Source: Parachlamydiales bacterium
GTDB taxonomy: Bacteria; Chlamydiota; Chlamydiia; Chlamydiales; Parachlamydiaceae
Assembly (NCBI GenBank): GCA_963709145.1
Contig: CAVPVT010000053.1
Location: 15,819 to 79,818 of the forward strand
Reading direction: 5' to 3'
DNA length: 64,000 nt
Shown here: piece after piece, positions 54,217 to 64,000 of the stretch
Position numbering within the stretch: the stretch's first letter is position 1
How the letters are laid out: every line of letters begins with the position of its first letter
Position numbers and translations under genes: made by a program
Notes under the pieces: model-generated
Seen by the model: the letters and a program-made list of their open reading frames with translations, nothing else
Databases searched by the model: none
Told to the model about the DNA's origin: nothing

Positions 54217-55401
54217 TTACATCAATATTAAATTTTTTAGCGATCTTCCAGTAGGAGTCCCTTCTTGAACGACATAAATCTGCTCTTTTTTGGCAGGTTT
54301 TGTTTTTGGGAGGGGTAAAGGCTTAGATGATTTGGCATCCGCTATAGGTTTAGGAGCGGCTTTTTTAGGTGCTGCATTCCATTTAGGGGTTTGAGGGGCA
54401 AAGCGGGCAAGAATTGTTTGGGGATCATTTCCTTCAGGCAAAGCTTCCCCCACATAATCATAAAGACGTGCAGAGGCTTCTTTCCAAACACTATCGCTTC
54501 GGGGATTGCTCAATAAGGCGATCGCGAATCTTTGCGAGGAAGGTGTTTTGGTCGTCAAGAGTTCAAGCATCTGCAGGATCGTATTATCATCCAGTTTTTT
54601 GACAGAAAATTCGAAATCCGTTTTGAGCAACACATAGGCAGCTGCTTTAGATTTTTTGTGGATATACTCTACTAAAAAACGTTGTCTTCTAGCTGGAGAT
54701 AGATCTTGAGAAATGTTTTGCTTTTCAGCAAAGGAATTTAACATATTCCAATCGCCATCTCGCAAAATGGCGAGGATTTCTAATTTATCGATAGCAACCT
54801 CAGAACGGTTGAAAAGCAATTCGACAGCACGGTATTGGGATGAAAGGATAAAAGCGTCGACTAACGAAGTGTCGAAAGGCAACGGATTTCGACGCAAAAC
54901 CTGAAAAAGCCCTTGCGAAGTGAACGGCCATTTCTCTGTATTTGCAAAATGAATAATAGCTTGGTATTGCGAATCCGCAAGACCAGGATAAACAGTGATT
55001 TTTTCATTCCCATACAACAAAGCCCTTTTTTGCAAAGGCTGAGTCTGATGAGTGAGAGCCCGATTTAAATCGAAATGGTAATAAGCGACTAAAGTTACCA
55101 GTGCAATATCTCTTTGCGTATATCCATTTTCAATGAGCTGAATGTTATTCAGCTTAGCCTTAAGTTGCTCGTAAGGGAGTGATTTAAATGTCCCAATGAC
55201 TTCTGAATTGGTTTGGTCCATGGCTAATGGTTGCTCAGGAGAATTTTTAGAAGGTTTTAAGCTGTAGTAAGGTGTTGGTGGACGCTCTTTGAGAATCCAG
55301 TAGCTAAATCCCCCCAACAGGATAATATTTAAACTTCCACTGACGATCAAGGCTACGGTAAGCCTCTGGATCCTGTGAAGATAATGATTATCTTGATTCA
55401 T
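54217..55401 (-). CDS. membrane-anchored protein whose C-terminal LysM domain is displaced by a frameshift
   Basis: 394-aa ORF with an N-terminal TM helix and a Pro/Lys-rich linker. After ...IYVVQEG, the next frame reads DSYWKIAKKFNIDVNALKSYNNVQNDFLKPGISLKIPK (LysM) down to stop 54143-54145. Confidence 0.6.
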   Translation of the reverse strand: MNQDNHYLHRIQRLTVALIVSGSLNIILLGGFSYWILKERPPTPYYSLKPSKNSPEQPLAMDQTNSEVIGTFKSLPYEQLKAKLNNIQLIENGYTQRDIALVTLVAYYHFDLNRALTHQTQPLQKRALLYGNEKITVYPGLADSQYQAIIHFANTEKWPFTSQGLFQVLRRNPLPFDTSLVDAFILSSQYRAVELLFNRSEVAIDKLEILAILRDGDWNMLNSFAEKQNISQDLSPARRQRFLVEYIHKKSKAAAYVLLKTDFEFSVKKLDDNTILQMLELLTTKTPSSQRFAIALLSNPRSDSVWKEASARLYDYVGEALPEGNDPQTILARFAPQTPKWNAAPKKAAPKPIADAKSSKPLPLPKTKPAKKEQIYVVQEGTPTGRSLKNLILM

Positions 55402-57132
55402 GATTTAAGATTTTCAGTAAAAGTCTCCAGCTGCTTTGCGATAGGAAGTGGAAGACGATCCCCAAAGAGTTTGAAGTATTCACGTAAATTATTCAGATCG
55501 TTCAGCCATTCTTGATTGTCAACCTTAAGCAACTCTTCCACCTGGGCTGGGGCTAGATTGAGGCCGTTAAGATCTAAACTTTTTGCAGTAGGGACAATTC
55601 CTATAGGAGTTTTCAATCCCTGTGATTGTCCATCAATTCTCTCAAATATCCATTTAAGGACCCTACTATTTTCCCCAAATCCGGGCCAAAGATAATGCCC
55701 ATCCTGATCTTTGCGAAACCAATTCACCTGATAAATTTTGGGAAGCTTGGAGGGGTCAGCCATCAATCCGATGGTGAGCCAATGGGCAAAGTAATCGCCC
55801 ATGTTATATCCACAAAAGGGTAGCATTGCAAATGGATCATGCCTCAATTTTCCAACAGTCTCCTGCAGCAGCGGAAGTCATTTCCGAAGAGACATTGACG
55901 CCCATGAAAACACCATGTTCCCAATCCAACGCTTCAGTAACCAGAGGCACCACGGAAGCCCTTCTCCCTCCAAAAAGGATGGCTGAGATGGGTACCCCTT
56001 TTGGATCTTCCCACTCAGGTGATCGATCACGGGACATTGTTTTGCGGGAGCTGTAAAGCGGGCATTGGTATGCGCAGCTGGATCTTTTGACTCTGGTGTC
56101 CAATCGCGTCCTCTAGCCAATCGATCAGGTGTTTGGAGGGTTTATCCTTTGTCATCCCTTCCCACCAAACATCCCCATCATCTGTCAAGCGCCACATTGG
56201 TGAAAATTGTATTTTTGGTAAGGGACTTCATGGCATTGGGATTGGATTCCATCGATGTACCAGGAGCAACTCCAAAAAATCCTGCTTCAGGATTAATGGC
56301 GTAGAGGCGTCCATCAGGCCCAAATTTCATCCAGGCAATATCATCTCCGACTGTTTCCACTTTCCAACCTGGCAGAGTCGGATGTCAACATGGCAAGATT
56401 TGTTTTTCCGCAAGCACTAGGGAAAGCGGCTGCTACGTATTTCTTTTTCCCTTGTGGGTTGGTAATGCCTAAAACCAGCATATGCTCCGCCATCCACCCT
56501 TCATCGCGAGCCATCACAGAAGCAATCCGGAGGGCAAAACATTTTTTGCCTAAAAGGGCATTCCCCCCGTACCCGCTTCCATACGACCAAATGGTGCGAG
56601 TTTCGGGAAAGTGGACAATGTGTCTTTTCGGTGGATTGCAAGGCCATGGAACATCCTGTACCCCGGGTTTTAAAGGATGACCCGACCGAATGCAAGCCAG
56701 GGACAAAATGGCTCATCTCCAAGGACATCCAAAACATCTTTACCAATGCGGGTCATAATTTTCATGTTGCAGACCGCATAAGGGGAATCGGTAATTTGCG
56801 ACTCCTATGTGAGAAATCGATGATCCAAGAGGCCCCATGCAATAAGGGATAACATACATCGTGCGCCCTTGCATGCTGCCCTTAAAAAGCTCTTTAAGTT
56901 CGACAATCATTTCCTTTGGATCACGCCAATTGTTGGTGGGGCCTGCGTCTTCTTTCCGAATAGAGCAAATAAAGGTATATTCTTCGACTCTTGCGACATC
57001 TTCAGGATTTGACCTGGCAAGGAAACTGTTAGGACGAAGATCTCGATTTAGTTTGGTCAGCGTCCCCTTTTTGACCATATCCTTGACAAAGCTGATTGTA
57101 TTCTGCTTCACTTCCATTGCAAATGTGCACAT
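55398..57132 (-). pseudogene. pckG: GTP-dependent phosphoenolpyruvate carboxykinase, heavily frameshifted
   Basis: PEPCK(GTP) segments are scattered over at least 6 ORFs in all three frames. Examples: [25 protein letters not shown]; [26 protein letters not shown]; [40 protein letters not shown]; [15 protein letters not shown]; [32 protein letters not shown]; [16 protein letters not shown]; [18 protein letters not shown]; DPFAMLPFCGYNMGDYF. Confidence 0.85.
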
Positions 57133-57134
57133 TT

Positions 57135-58301
57135 TCAGGTAAACAAAGATGCTTTTACTTCGGCAATCCAATCTTTCAGCTTTTTATTTTCGATGTTCAT
57201 AGCCCTGACATAAAGTGCTTTGCGTTTCTTAAACTTATCAAGGTATTCGAGAGCTTTACCTGTTCCCAAACAAACTGCTAGCAGTGGATGTGGTGCAATA
57301 ATAACAGGAAGACCGGTTTCTTTGATCAACGCTTTGTCCAGTCCTTTAATCAGCGCTCCCCCACCGGCAATGACCATTCCCCTTTCGACTAGGTCAGCAG
57401 CCAATTCAGGAGGACATTTTTCAAGAGTCAACTTCACACTTTCAATGATCTGCTGGATCGGTTCCGCAAGGCATTCCCGAATTTCGACGGAATTAATCCG
57501 TTTTGTGACTGGCAACCCTGCCACTTGATCGCGCCCCCGCACTTCCATTTCTAATTCATTACCTCCGAGGGGATAGGCAGAGCCGATCGTCATTTTGATC
57601 TCTTCTGCCGTTCTTGGGCCAATCATTAAATTATAGGTGCGGCGCATATAATTGATGATGCACTCATCAAATTCATCACCTGCAATTCTTAAAGAGCGAG
57701 ATTCAACAATGCCGCCAAGAGAGATGATGGCGATTTCGGTGGTTCCACCGCCGATATCGATGATCATATTAGCCGATGGTTCATGCACAGGGAGATCGAC
57801 ACCAATCGCTGCCGCCATCGGTTCTTCGATCAGAATGACCTCCTGGGCTCCGGCATGGAGAGCAGAATCTTCTACAGCACGTTTTTCCACGCCGGTAATC
57901 CCGGAAGGAACGGCAATTAAAATTTTAGGCCGGAAAAGACTTCTAGAAGGGGTGACACGCGCTATGAGGGCCTTTAGCATCCCTTCAGCGATTTCAAAAT
58001 CAGCAATCACACCATCTTTCATGGGGCGCACGGCATGGATTTTTCTTGGGGTCTTACCCAACATTGCCTTAGCCTTATGGCCGACGGCCAGCACTTCGTT
58101 GGTCATCGAATCGACGGCCACGACGGAAGGTTCCGCTAAAACAATCCCTTTCCCCCGCACGAAAACAAGGGTGTTAGCGGTTCCTAGGTCAATGCCGATG
58201 TCGTTTGAAAAGACACCTCTAAATCGGTTTATCTTTTCGAACGCATAACGGGACAATTGGTTCAGGACCGCTTTGGCCCCTATTTGCTGTTTTTTTGTCA
58301 T
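57135..58301 (-). CDS. mreB: rod shape-determining protein MreB
   Basis: 388-aa ORF with actin-fold motifs (GIDLGTANT; [11 protein letters not shown]; [11 protein letters not shown]). It has N- and C-terminal extensions. Confidence 0.9.
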   Translation of the reverse strand: MTKKQQIGAKAVLNQLSRYAFEKINRFRGVFSNDIGIDLGTANTLVFVRGKGIVLAEPSVVAVDSMTNEVLAVGHKAKAMLGKTPRKIHAVRPMKDGVIADFEIAEGMLKALIARVTPSRSLFRPKILIAVPSGITGVEKRAVEDSALHAGAQEVILIEEPMAAAIGVDLPVHEPSANMIIDIGGGTTEIAIISLGGIVESRSLRIAGDEFDECIINYMRRTYNLMIGPRTAEEIKMTIGSAYPLGGNELEMEVRGRDQVAGLPVTKRINSVEIRECLAEPIQQIIESVKLTLEKCPPELAADLVERGMVIAGGGALIKGLDKALIKETGLPVIIAPHPLLAVCLGTGKALEYLDKFKKRKALYVRAMNIENKKLKDWIAEVKASLFT

Positions 58302-58309
58302 AATTTTCT

Positions 58310-61300
58310 TTATGTTTGTAACAATTCTAATACTTCTTCCCAGGTTAATTTTGCGATAGCTTCTTCATCGCAAGCCACGACCTGTTGAACTAACTCTTTT
58401 TTACGGTTTTGGAGTTGAATAATCTTCTCTTCAATGGTGTCGAGTGTCACTAGTTTGTAAGAGGCGACAGAACGTTGTTGTCCTAAGCGGTGCACCCTAT
58501 CCGTAGCTTGGTTTTCAACAGCAGGATTCCACCACATGTCGTAGTGGATCACAGTATCTGCTCCGACGAGGTTTAAACCGGATCCTCCGGCTTTTAGCGA
58601 TACCAAGAACACGGGTATCGTCTCATCTTCATTGAACTTTTTAACGATGCTTAGCCTGTTTTTGCTCGAACCGTCTAAATACTCAAATTTAATCCCCATC
58701 CGTGTCAAGTCAGCATGCATAATTTGCAGCATCCGGGTATACTGACTAAAAATGACCGTCTTATGTTTGCCTTCGATTAAGGTTTGCAAAAGTTCCATCA
58801 ACATATCGTACTTGGCAGAGTCGCCCGTTTCCGGTTTTTCTTTTGCAAAAATTGCGGGATGGCAACAGATCTGTTTTAAGCGGGTTAATGTGGCCAAGAC
58901 ATGAATTTGAACTCTGTCGAAACCTTCTTTTTTAACGAGCTGAGAGAGCTCTTCCCTTGCAGAATTAGCATAGGAACGGTAGAGGTCACGCTGCACTTCG
59001 GTCAAATGGCAGTGGTAAGGGATTTCGGAAACAGGGGGAAGTTCCGCCAAAACGTCCCTCTTCATCCTGCGTAAAATAAATGGGGAGACTTTGCGGCGCA
59101 AAACCTCCAGACTTTTGGTTCGAGTCACATTGGGATTGCGTAGGTAACGCTCGATAAAACGATCGTAGCTGCTCAGCAAACCTGGCATCAAAAAATCGAA
59201 TAAGCTCCAAAGCTCCTCTAAAGAGTTTTCGATCGGCGTTCCGGTTAGGATTAGACGGTGATCAGCTTGGATCATTTTTACCGACTTGGCATTGCGAGTG
59301 CCTCGATTTTTGATATGCTGCGCTTCATCTAATATGGCATAGTTAAATGGAATGGTCTTATAAAACTCGATATCTTTCTGCAACAAGCTATAGGAAGTGA
59401 TGATGACATCATAATGATTGATGTCGTTCAACAATTTTTTGCGCTGAATTGGCGTGCCATCGACGGGTAAAACACGAAGCTCGGGGTTAAATTTATTGAA
59501 CTCTTCTTTCCAGTTGTAAACAAGTGAAGTAGGGCAGATGATTAAAGCCACTCCATTGGGACGATCGATTTTATTTTGAGTAATGGCAATGATCGCCTGT
59601 AATGTTTTGCCCAATCCCATATCATCGGCTAAAATCCCATTTAGATGCATGTGGCGCAATCTTTCTAACCAGTGGACTCCTTCCAATTGGTAAGAACGCA
59701 ATGTGGCTTGCACGGCCTTAGGCACTTCTTCGGGATTAAATTCACTGAGACCCAACATCTGACGCTGAATCAATTTAAGTTTATCACTCATTTCAAACTT
59801 GATAGGCAGCCCTTCAAATTGCGCTGCGTCGATGTTGGCTAAACTCCACAAAGGGCGTAATTCTTTATGATTGTCCAAGATGTTGATGCCAATCTCATCA
59901 AAAATTTGCACGACCGGCGATAACCTTTCTAGATCGAGGACTAGGATTTTGTGGTTTTTCGATCCTTCAGACTCATTTTTCTTTTTGGGGATTTTTTTGG
60001 ATGCCAATTCGATAAACGCGCGACGCGATGATAAGCATTCCCAAAGCAAATCAAGAGTCACCCCTTTCAAGTGGCCCTCCACCGTTAAATCTACTTCATA
60101 AAGATCGATCCTATCGGACTCGCGCAGAACCATTTTGAAAGTCGATTCGTCATAAATAAATTGATCGAGAAGATTTTCAGGGCAATGGAATTTAACCTTG
60201 TCCTGATTTCGGGGGATTACTTCGGTCATGAACTCAACAATCTTTCGATCGTTCTTAGCCAAATATGCCCCTAAGGACTCATCATAAGTAAAGTCTTGAA
60301 ACAGGTCTTGGATGATTTTTTGCTCTTCTGTCAAATTGCGTGCTAAAATTCCTTGCTCTGTCGCGAAAGTTAGAATGTGCTCGACACTCAAATGGGAATG
60401 GGATGCCGGAATTTTAACACGGTCGTAGACAAATTCAAGGGTCGCTTCAAGTTCTCCATTTAAATAATGGATGTTACATTCCGCTCCAACTCTTCCTACA
60501 AAAGGCAAAGTCACGAACCGTTCAATAATATCCTTATTGGCAACTTCCACAAAACGCATCAGCTCTGATAATGAATTTTCTACAAATGTTCCAAATAATG
60601 GTTGTGGGATTGTGACATCTTTAATCGCTTTCAAATGGCGCAGATGCCTGCGTCGAATATTCACTGGAAAACGGTAGTAAGTCTGCTGATGGATAATTCC
60701 CGGCTGTGCACACTCAAAAAAATTAACGTCCGCAGGATCGGCAATATTTCCCCCTTCGAGAATCAGCTTGGGCTTTAGAAGTATTTTAGGACTGGATGCT
60801 ACTACATATTCCAATTCAAAACGGAAACGTGCGGGACTGCTAGCAAGACGCAAAGGCTCTTCCAATGTGCCTTTGTAGAGACAGGGCAAAACACATCCCT
60901 CTTCATTGTTATCGGTGACCGGAGGAACACCTTGACGCTTAGCTACCAACTCACTTGCAGCTGCCAAAAGAGCCCCAAAAGGCTCCGCGTCTATCAAAGC
61001 TGTGCGCAAATTGCGCTCCCCTTTATTGTTGGGTTCAGGTGGGCGGACATAGTCCATCAATAATTTCAAAATTTGTCCACTTTCTGGATCAAAGGATCCA
61101 ATTCCGAAAAAGTACCTTTTCGAACCTAAGTAAATAGGTTCTTCAAATCGAACCGCATCTAAAAATTCTTTGAGATTAAGAATGGCTAACGGCTTCGAGC
61201 GGTAGGGCAACCTTAAAGCCAACTGGATCTCTATATTTTGCTTCTGGTCAAAAATGACTGCGAGTTCAGCTTTATCTTGAGGTAACTCTTCTTCGGGCAA

Positions 61301-61786
61301 GAAAAATGACAACTGCCCCAACACTTTGGAAGCAGAAATATATTCGGTCAAAAGTTCTTTTTGATTCTTTTTACCCCGCCTGACCGTCTCTTTCGATTCT
61401 GCTTCTTTAAAAATGCGCGATAACTCGTGCTTATCTTCATCATCTTCCTGAGGTTGTTTACTCATATCGGGATCTTTTGAAAAATTGACAACTAATTCGT
61501 CCAATCTTTCTTCTAAGAAAAACAACACAGCTGCTAAGTGGTGACAATCATATTTATAGGTGCAATCACAATCGGCATCAATAGTGGCTGAAGCATGCCG
61601 GTCAACTTCAATTTCACAAGTATAAGTATTTTCAAAATTGCCTGAAACACGACTGCTAACGCGGACACTGTTCGCATTCAATTTCACGATTTTGGCTGAG
61701 ACAACCATTTTTTTATCGTGGAGGGAACGCCCTTCTTTGAGGATGGATGGAGAATAATCTTGTCGCAATTTGCGAAAATTCAGCAT
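58310..61786 (-). CDS. SNF2-family helicase with N-terminal SWIM zinc finger
   Basis: 1158-aa ORF with a SWIM motif ([15 protein letters not shown]), SNF2 motifs ([10 protein letters not shown]; LDEAQHIKN; [10 protein letters not shown]) and a C-terminal helicase domain ([37 protein letters not shown]). Confidence 0.85.
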   Translation of the reverse strand: MLNFRKLRQDYSPSILKEGRSLHDKKMVVSAKIVKLNANSVRVSSRVSGNFENTYTCEIEVDRHASATIDADCDCTYKYDCHHLAAVLFFLEERLDELVVNFSKDPDMSKQPQEDDEDKHELSRIFKEAESKETVRRGKKNQKELLTEYISASKVLGQLSFFLPEEELPQDKAELAVIFDQKQNIEIQLALRLPYRSKPLAILNLKEFLDAVRFEEPIYLGSKRYFFGIGSFDPESGQILKLLMDYVRPPEPNNKGERNLRTALIDAEPFGALLAAASELVAKRQGVPPVTDNNEEGCVLPCLYKGTLEEPLRLASSPARFRFELEYVVASSPKILLKPKLILEGGNIADPADVNFFECAQPGIIHQQTYYRFPVNIRRRHLRHLKAIKDVTIPQPLFGTFVENSLSELMRFVEVANKDIIERFVTLPFVGRVGAECNIHYLNGELEATLEFVYDRVKIPASHSHLSVEHILTFATEQGILARNLTEEQKIIQDLFQDFTYDESLGAYLAKNDRKIVEFMTEVIPRNQDKVKFHCPENLLDQFIYDESTFKMVLRESDRIDLYEVDLTVEGHLKGVTLDLLWECLSSRRAFIELASKKIPKKKNESEGSKNHKILVLDLERLSPVVQIFDEIGINILDNHKELRPLWSLANIDAAQFEGLPIKFEMSDKLKLIQRQMLGLSEFNPEEVPKAVQATLRSYQLEGVHWLERLRHMHLNGILADDMGLGKTLQAIIAITQNKIDRPNGVALIICPTSLVYNWKEEFNKFNPELRVLPVDGTPIQRKKLLNDINHYDVIITSYSLLQKDIEFYKTIPFNYAILDEAQHIKNRGTRNAKSVKMIQADHRLILTGTPIENSLEELWSLFDFLMPGLLSSYDRFIERYLRNPNVTRTKSLEVLRRKVSPFILRRMKRDVLAELPPVSEIPYHCHLTEVQRDLYRSYANSAREELSQLVKKEGFDRVQIHVLATLTRLKQICCHPAIFAKEKPETGDSAKYDMLMELLQTLIEGKHKTVIFSQYTRMLQIMHADLTRMGIKFEYLDGSSKNRLSIVKKFNEDETIPVFLVSLKAGGSGLNLVGADTVIHYDMWWNPAVENQATDRVHRLGQQRSVASYKLVTLDTIEEKIIQLQNRKKELVQQVVACDEEAIAKLTWEEVLELLQT

Positions 61787-61925
61787 GGGACCCAGCCATA
61801 CATTTGAATAAAAGCGCAGTATAGTACCCCCCCTTCAACTTGTCACCAAAAAAAAGAAGAAAAAAGGATGAAGAAGGTGCTTGCGGAAAATAGGAGTCCA
61901 ATCCTATACTCTGGCCTTTTGAAAT

Positions 61926-61998
61926 GCGGGTGTAACTCAGTTGGTAGAGCGTCACCTTCCCAAGGTGAATGTCGTGAGTTCGAACCTCATCACCCGCT
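61926..61998 (+). tRNA. tRNA-Gly (anticodon CCC)
   Basis: Hand-folded: acceptor GCGGGTG/CACCCGC, anticodon arm TCACC-TTCCCAA-GGTGA, T arm GTGAG-TTCGAAC-CTCAT. Confidence 0.9.
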
Positions 61999-62025
61999 AA
62001 GAGATTACGATTGTTTTATTTAAGT

Positions 62026-62097
62026 GCGGGTGTAGCTCAGTGGTAGAGCATCACGTTGCCAACGTGAGGGTCGTGAGTTCGAACCTCATCGCCCGCT
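62026..62097 (+). tRNA. tRNA-Gly (anticodon GCC)
   Basis: Hand-folded: acceptor GCGGGTG/CGCCCGC (one G-U pair), anticodon arm TCACG-TTGCCAA-CGTGA. Confidence 0.9.
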
Positions 62098-62120
62098 TTG
62101 TGAAATTTGAATTCTTATCC

Positions 62121-62192
62121 GCGGGCGTAGCTCAGCGGTAGAGCATCACGTTGCCAACGTGAGGGTCGTGAGTTCGAGCCTCATCGCCCGCT
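62121..62192 (+). tRNA. tRNA-Gly (anticodon GCC), second copy
   Basis: Hand-folded: acceptor GCGGGCG/CGCCCGC, anticodon arm TCACG-TTGCCAA-CGTGA. It differs from the previous copy at a few positions. Confidence 0.9.
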
Positions 62193-62215
62193 ATAGTTTA
62201 TAAAGCGAGGTTTTT

Positions 62216-63481
62216 GTGTCGGACACTGAAAATAAAGTTGAAAATGAGAATATCGAGGTCAATTACGAGCGCAAGCCTGGAAGTATTGCTAAGTTTCAGG
62301 TGCATATAAAACCTAAAGCCTCACAAGCTGCTTATTCTAAAGCCTTAAAAAATGTGACTAAAGAAGTGAGTTTGCCTGGATTTAGAAAAGGGAAAGCTCC
62401 TCAATCCCTCATTATTCAACATTATAATAAAGCGATCGACCAGGAATTCCGCGATATCCAAATCCAAACTGCTTTTATGGAAGCTGTTCAACTCACCAAA
62501 ATCGCTCCTTACGATCGCAATGATATGCGCCTTAAAATTCAAAAATATTCGTCAAATCCCGAAAACGGAGCCGATATCGACTTTGAATTTGAAGCTTTTC
62601 CATCAATTCCGGATATTGATTTAAATATCCTCGAAATTCCTAGGATCGATTTCGATGAAGTGAAAGCAGCTGATGTCGATGAAGTTCTCAATAATATAAG
62701 GCTTCAATTTGCAGATTGGCAAACAATCACCGATCGACCAGTGAAAGAAGATGATTATGTCCAAGGGCAAATTTTGACGAATGATAATAAGAAAATCTCA
62801 GAAAAATCCAGGATGTATCTCAATGATCCTTCATTCCCCGGAGGGTTAAAGAAACAAATGGTGGGAATGAATCCTGGGGAAACAAAAGATGTGACCCCAT
62901 CAGATTCAGAAGAAGATAAATGGTACCCCCAGCCTTATCGCATCGTAGTTGAAAACATTGAACTGCCAAATCTACCTCCTATCGATGATGAATTGGCTAA
63001 AAAGACCGGTGTTCCCAATGTCGATGAACTTAGAAAATCGATTGAAAATCAACTTGTTCAACGACGAAAGCAAAACGTATTAGAACACCAACGTCATCAC
63101 ATGCGGGAATTTTTGTTGGAACGATATAACTTTGACCTGCCAGGTAAGGTTGTGGAAAATGTCACCGGTAGAACTTCAGCAGCTCCTTCAGATGCCAATG
63201 AAAATGTCAGCCACTATCTCACAAATCAAGCAAGACTCGCATTTATGATCCATAGAGTTTCTCGTGATCATCAAATTGAATTATCAGAGGAGGAACTTCG
63301 ATTCGGAACAATGCGGCTCTGGTTAAATCACGTTTCTCAATATGGTGAAGACAATTCCCAAGAAACTTTAAAACGGATTCAAGAAACTGCACCTAACACC
63401 CTCCTTTCACATAAAGTTTTGGATTTTCTAATTTCCAAAGCCAAAGTGACGGAACCTTGTGATGGAGAGCATCACGAGTAG
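62216..63481 (+). CDS. tig: trigger factor
   Basis: 421-aa ORF (GTG start) with the ribosome-binding motif LPGFRKGKAP in the N-terminal domain. A central PPIase-like region follows, and clpP lies downstream. Confidence 0.85.
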   Translation: MSDTENKVENENIEVNYERKPGSIAKFQVHIKPKASQAAYSKALKNVTKEVSLPGFRKGKAPQSLIIQHYNKAIDQEFRDIQIQTAFMEAVQLTKIAPYDRNDMRLKIQKYSSNPENGADIDFEFEAFPSIPDIDLNILEIPRIDFDEVKAADVDEVLNNIRLQFADWQTITDRPVKEDDYVQGQILTNDNKKISEKSRMYLNDPSFPGGLKKQMVGMNPGETKDVTPSDSEEDKWYPQPYRIVVENIELPNLPPIDDELAKKTGVPNVDELRKSIENQLVQRRKQNVLEHQRHHMREFLLERYNFDLPGKVVENVTGRTSAAPSDANENVSHYLTNQARLAFMIHRVSRDHQIELSEEELRFGTMRLWLNHVSQYGEDNSQETLKRIQETAPNTLLSHKVLDFLISKAKVTEPCDGEHHE

Positions 63482-63589
63482 AGACGTCAGGGACGCAAGG
63501 GACCTTATTCTAAATTCTGAATCCTGTCTTTCTCCTTGACCAGGTGCCTGGTAAGTGTGTATAAAATAGAAAACAACCCAAGGTCAGCG

Positions 63590-64000
63590 ATGAGTAGCAA
63601 AATGAGAGCACAGGACTCTTTAGCCCCCTATGTAATCGAAGATACAGGCCGTGGCGAACGGTCTATGGATATCTTTTCTCGTTTACTGAAAGACAGGATT
63701 GTCTTTATCGGCACTGATATTACCGACCATGTCGCCAACGTTGTTGTTGCTCAGTTACAGTTTTTGAGAATGGAAGATTCTAAGAAAGATGTGCACATCT
63801 ACATCAACTCGATGGGGGGGTACATCTCTGCAGGTCTAGCGATTTTCGACATCATGCAATGGATGACCTGCAACGTTAACACCTATTGCTTTGGGCAAGC
63901 ATCCTCAATGGGTGCCCTACTTTTAGCTGCAGGCACGAAGGGGAAACGTTTTGCATTGCCGAACAGCCGGATTATGATCCACCAACCTTCGGGAGGAGTA
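63590..64000 (+). CDS. clpP: ATP-dependent Clp protease proteolytic subunit (5' part; runs off the window)
   Basis: Manual translation from ATG 63590 gives ...[19 protein letters not shown] ... YINSMGG ... [14 protein letters not shown] ... IMIHQPSGG. The catalytic Ser context is present. Confidence 0.9.
   Translation, partial: MSSKMRAQDSLAPYVIEDTGRGERSMDIFSRLLKDRIVFIGTDITDHVANVVVAQLQFLRMEDSKKDVHIYINSMGGYISAGLAIFDIMQWMTCNVNTYCFGQASSMGALLLAAGTKGKRFALPNSRIMIHQPSGGV

Noticed and set aside
13700-55400. Transposase, integrase or phage genes as vehicles for the accessory blocks
   Set aside because: I looked for DDE, tyrosine or serine recombinase motifs and IS-like terminal repeats in all ORFs and gaps and found none. 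The only mobility-like footprints are the duplicated flanks described in the findings.
55626-57281. Plus-strand ORFs of 60-96 aa across the PEPCK remnant
   Set aside because: They are antisense to clear PEPCK-derived segments and have no motifs. They are expected in a decaying region with relaxed stop-codon constraint.
57652-58248. 198-aa plus-strand ORF (and several 60-100-aa ORFs) inside the mreB region
   Set aside because: It is antisense to a well-supported MreB gene. The translation is low-complexity (Ser/Pro/Ala/Ile-rich) with no motif, so it is a typical shadow ORF.
61713-61955. 80-aa minus-strand ORF
   Set aside because: It spans the SNF2 gene start, the intergenic promoter region and the first tRNA-Gly. 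It has no coding features.

Overview
This 64-kb window reads as chromosome from an environmental, amoeba-associated member of the Chlamydiae. That is an inference from gene content: a CtcB/CtcC-like sigma-54 two-component pair, the clpP-tig-SNF2/SWIM helicase-mreB-PEPCK neighbourhood I recall from Chlamydia genomes, a short HemA, and many eukaryote-like domain proteins. Three conserved backbone blocks alternate with two accessory blocks. Backbone 1 (1-13.7 kb) holds recX, parC/parE, hemA, asnS, nfo, rpsD and the kinase/regulator pair. Backbone 2 (28-32.5 kb) holds a Rieske protein, hpf, tRNA-Arg, recO, tRNA-Leu, an RMD1-like gene and yidD. Backbone 3 (55.4-64 kb) holds a PEPCK remnant, mreB, the SNF2 helicase, three tRNA-Gly, tig and clpP. 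Accessory block 1 (13.7-27.9 kb) carries BTB-, F-box- and USP-like genes, a Fic gene plus a truncated copy, DUF29 and a frameshifted MBL hydrolase. It also carries a duplicated, decaying Maf(DUF115)/MORN/coiled-coil module. Together with pseB- and pseI-like genes elsewhere in the window, that module suggests a nonulosonic-acid glycosylation system. Accessory block 2 (32.5-55.4 kb) carries a ~2,500-aa two-partner-secretion exoprotein with its TpsB transporter and a LuxR-GNAT cluster. It also has a putative Cys-His-Asp (YopT/AvrPphB-like) protease gene at the joint of a decayed duplication, a higBA pair with a broken toxin, an ankyrin protein and a LysM protein. A four-unit 242-283-bp tandem array precedes recO; it re-copies the recO 5' end and contains long hairpins. 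Many genes are visibly disrupted while neighbouring 3.5-7.5-kb ORFs are intact, so the decay looks biological rather than a sequencing artefact. All calls come from motif-level reading of the ORF track and the DNA; no database search was possible.
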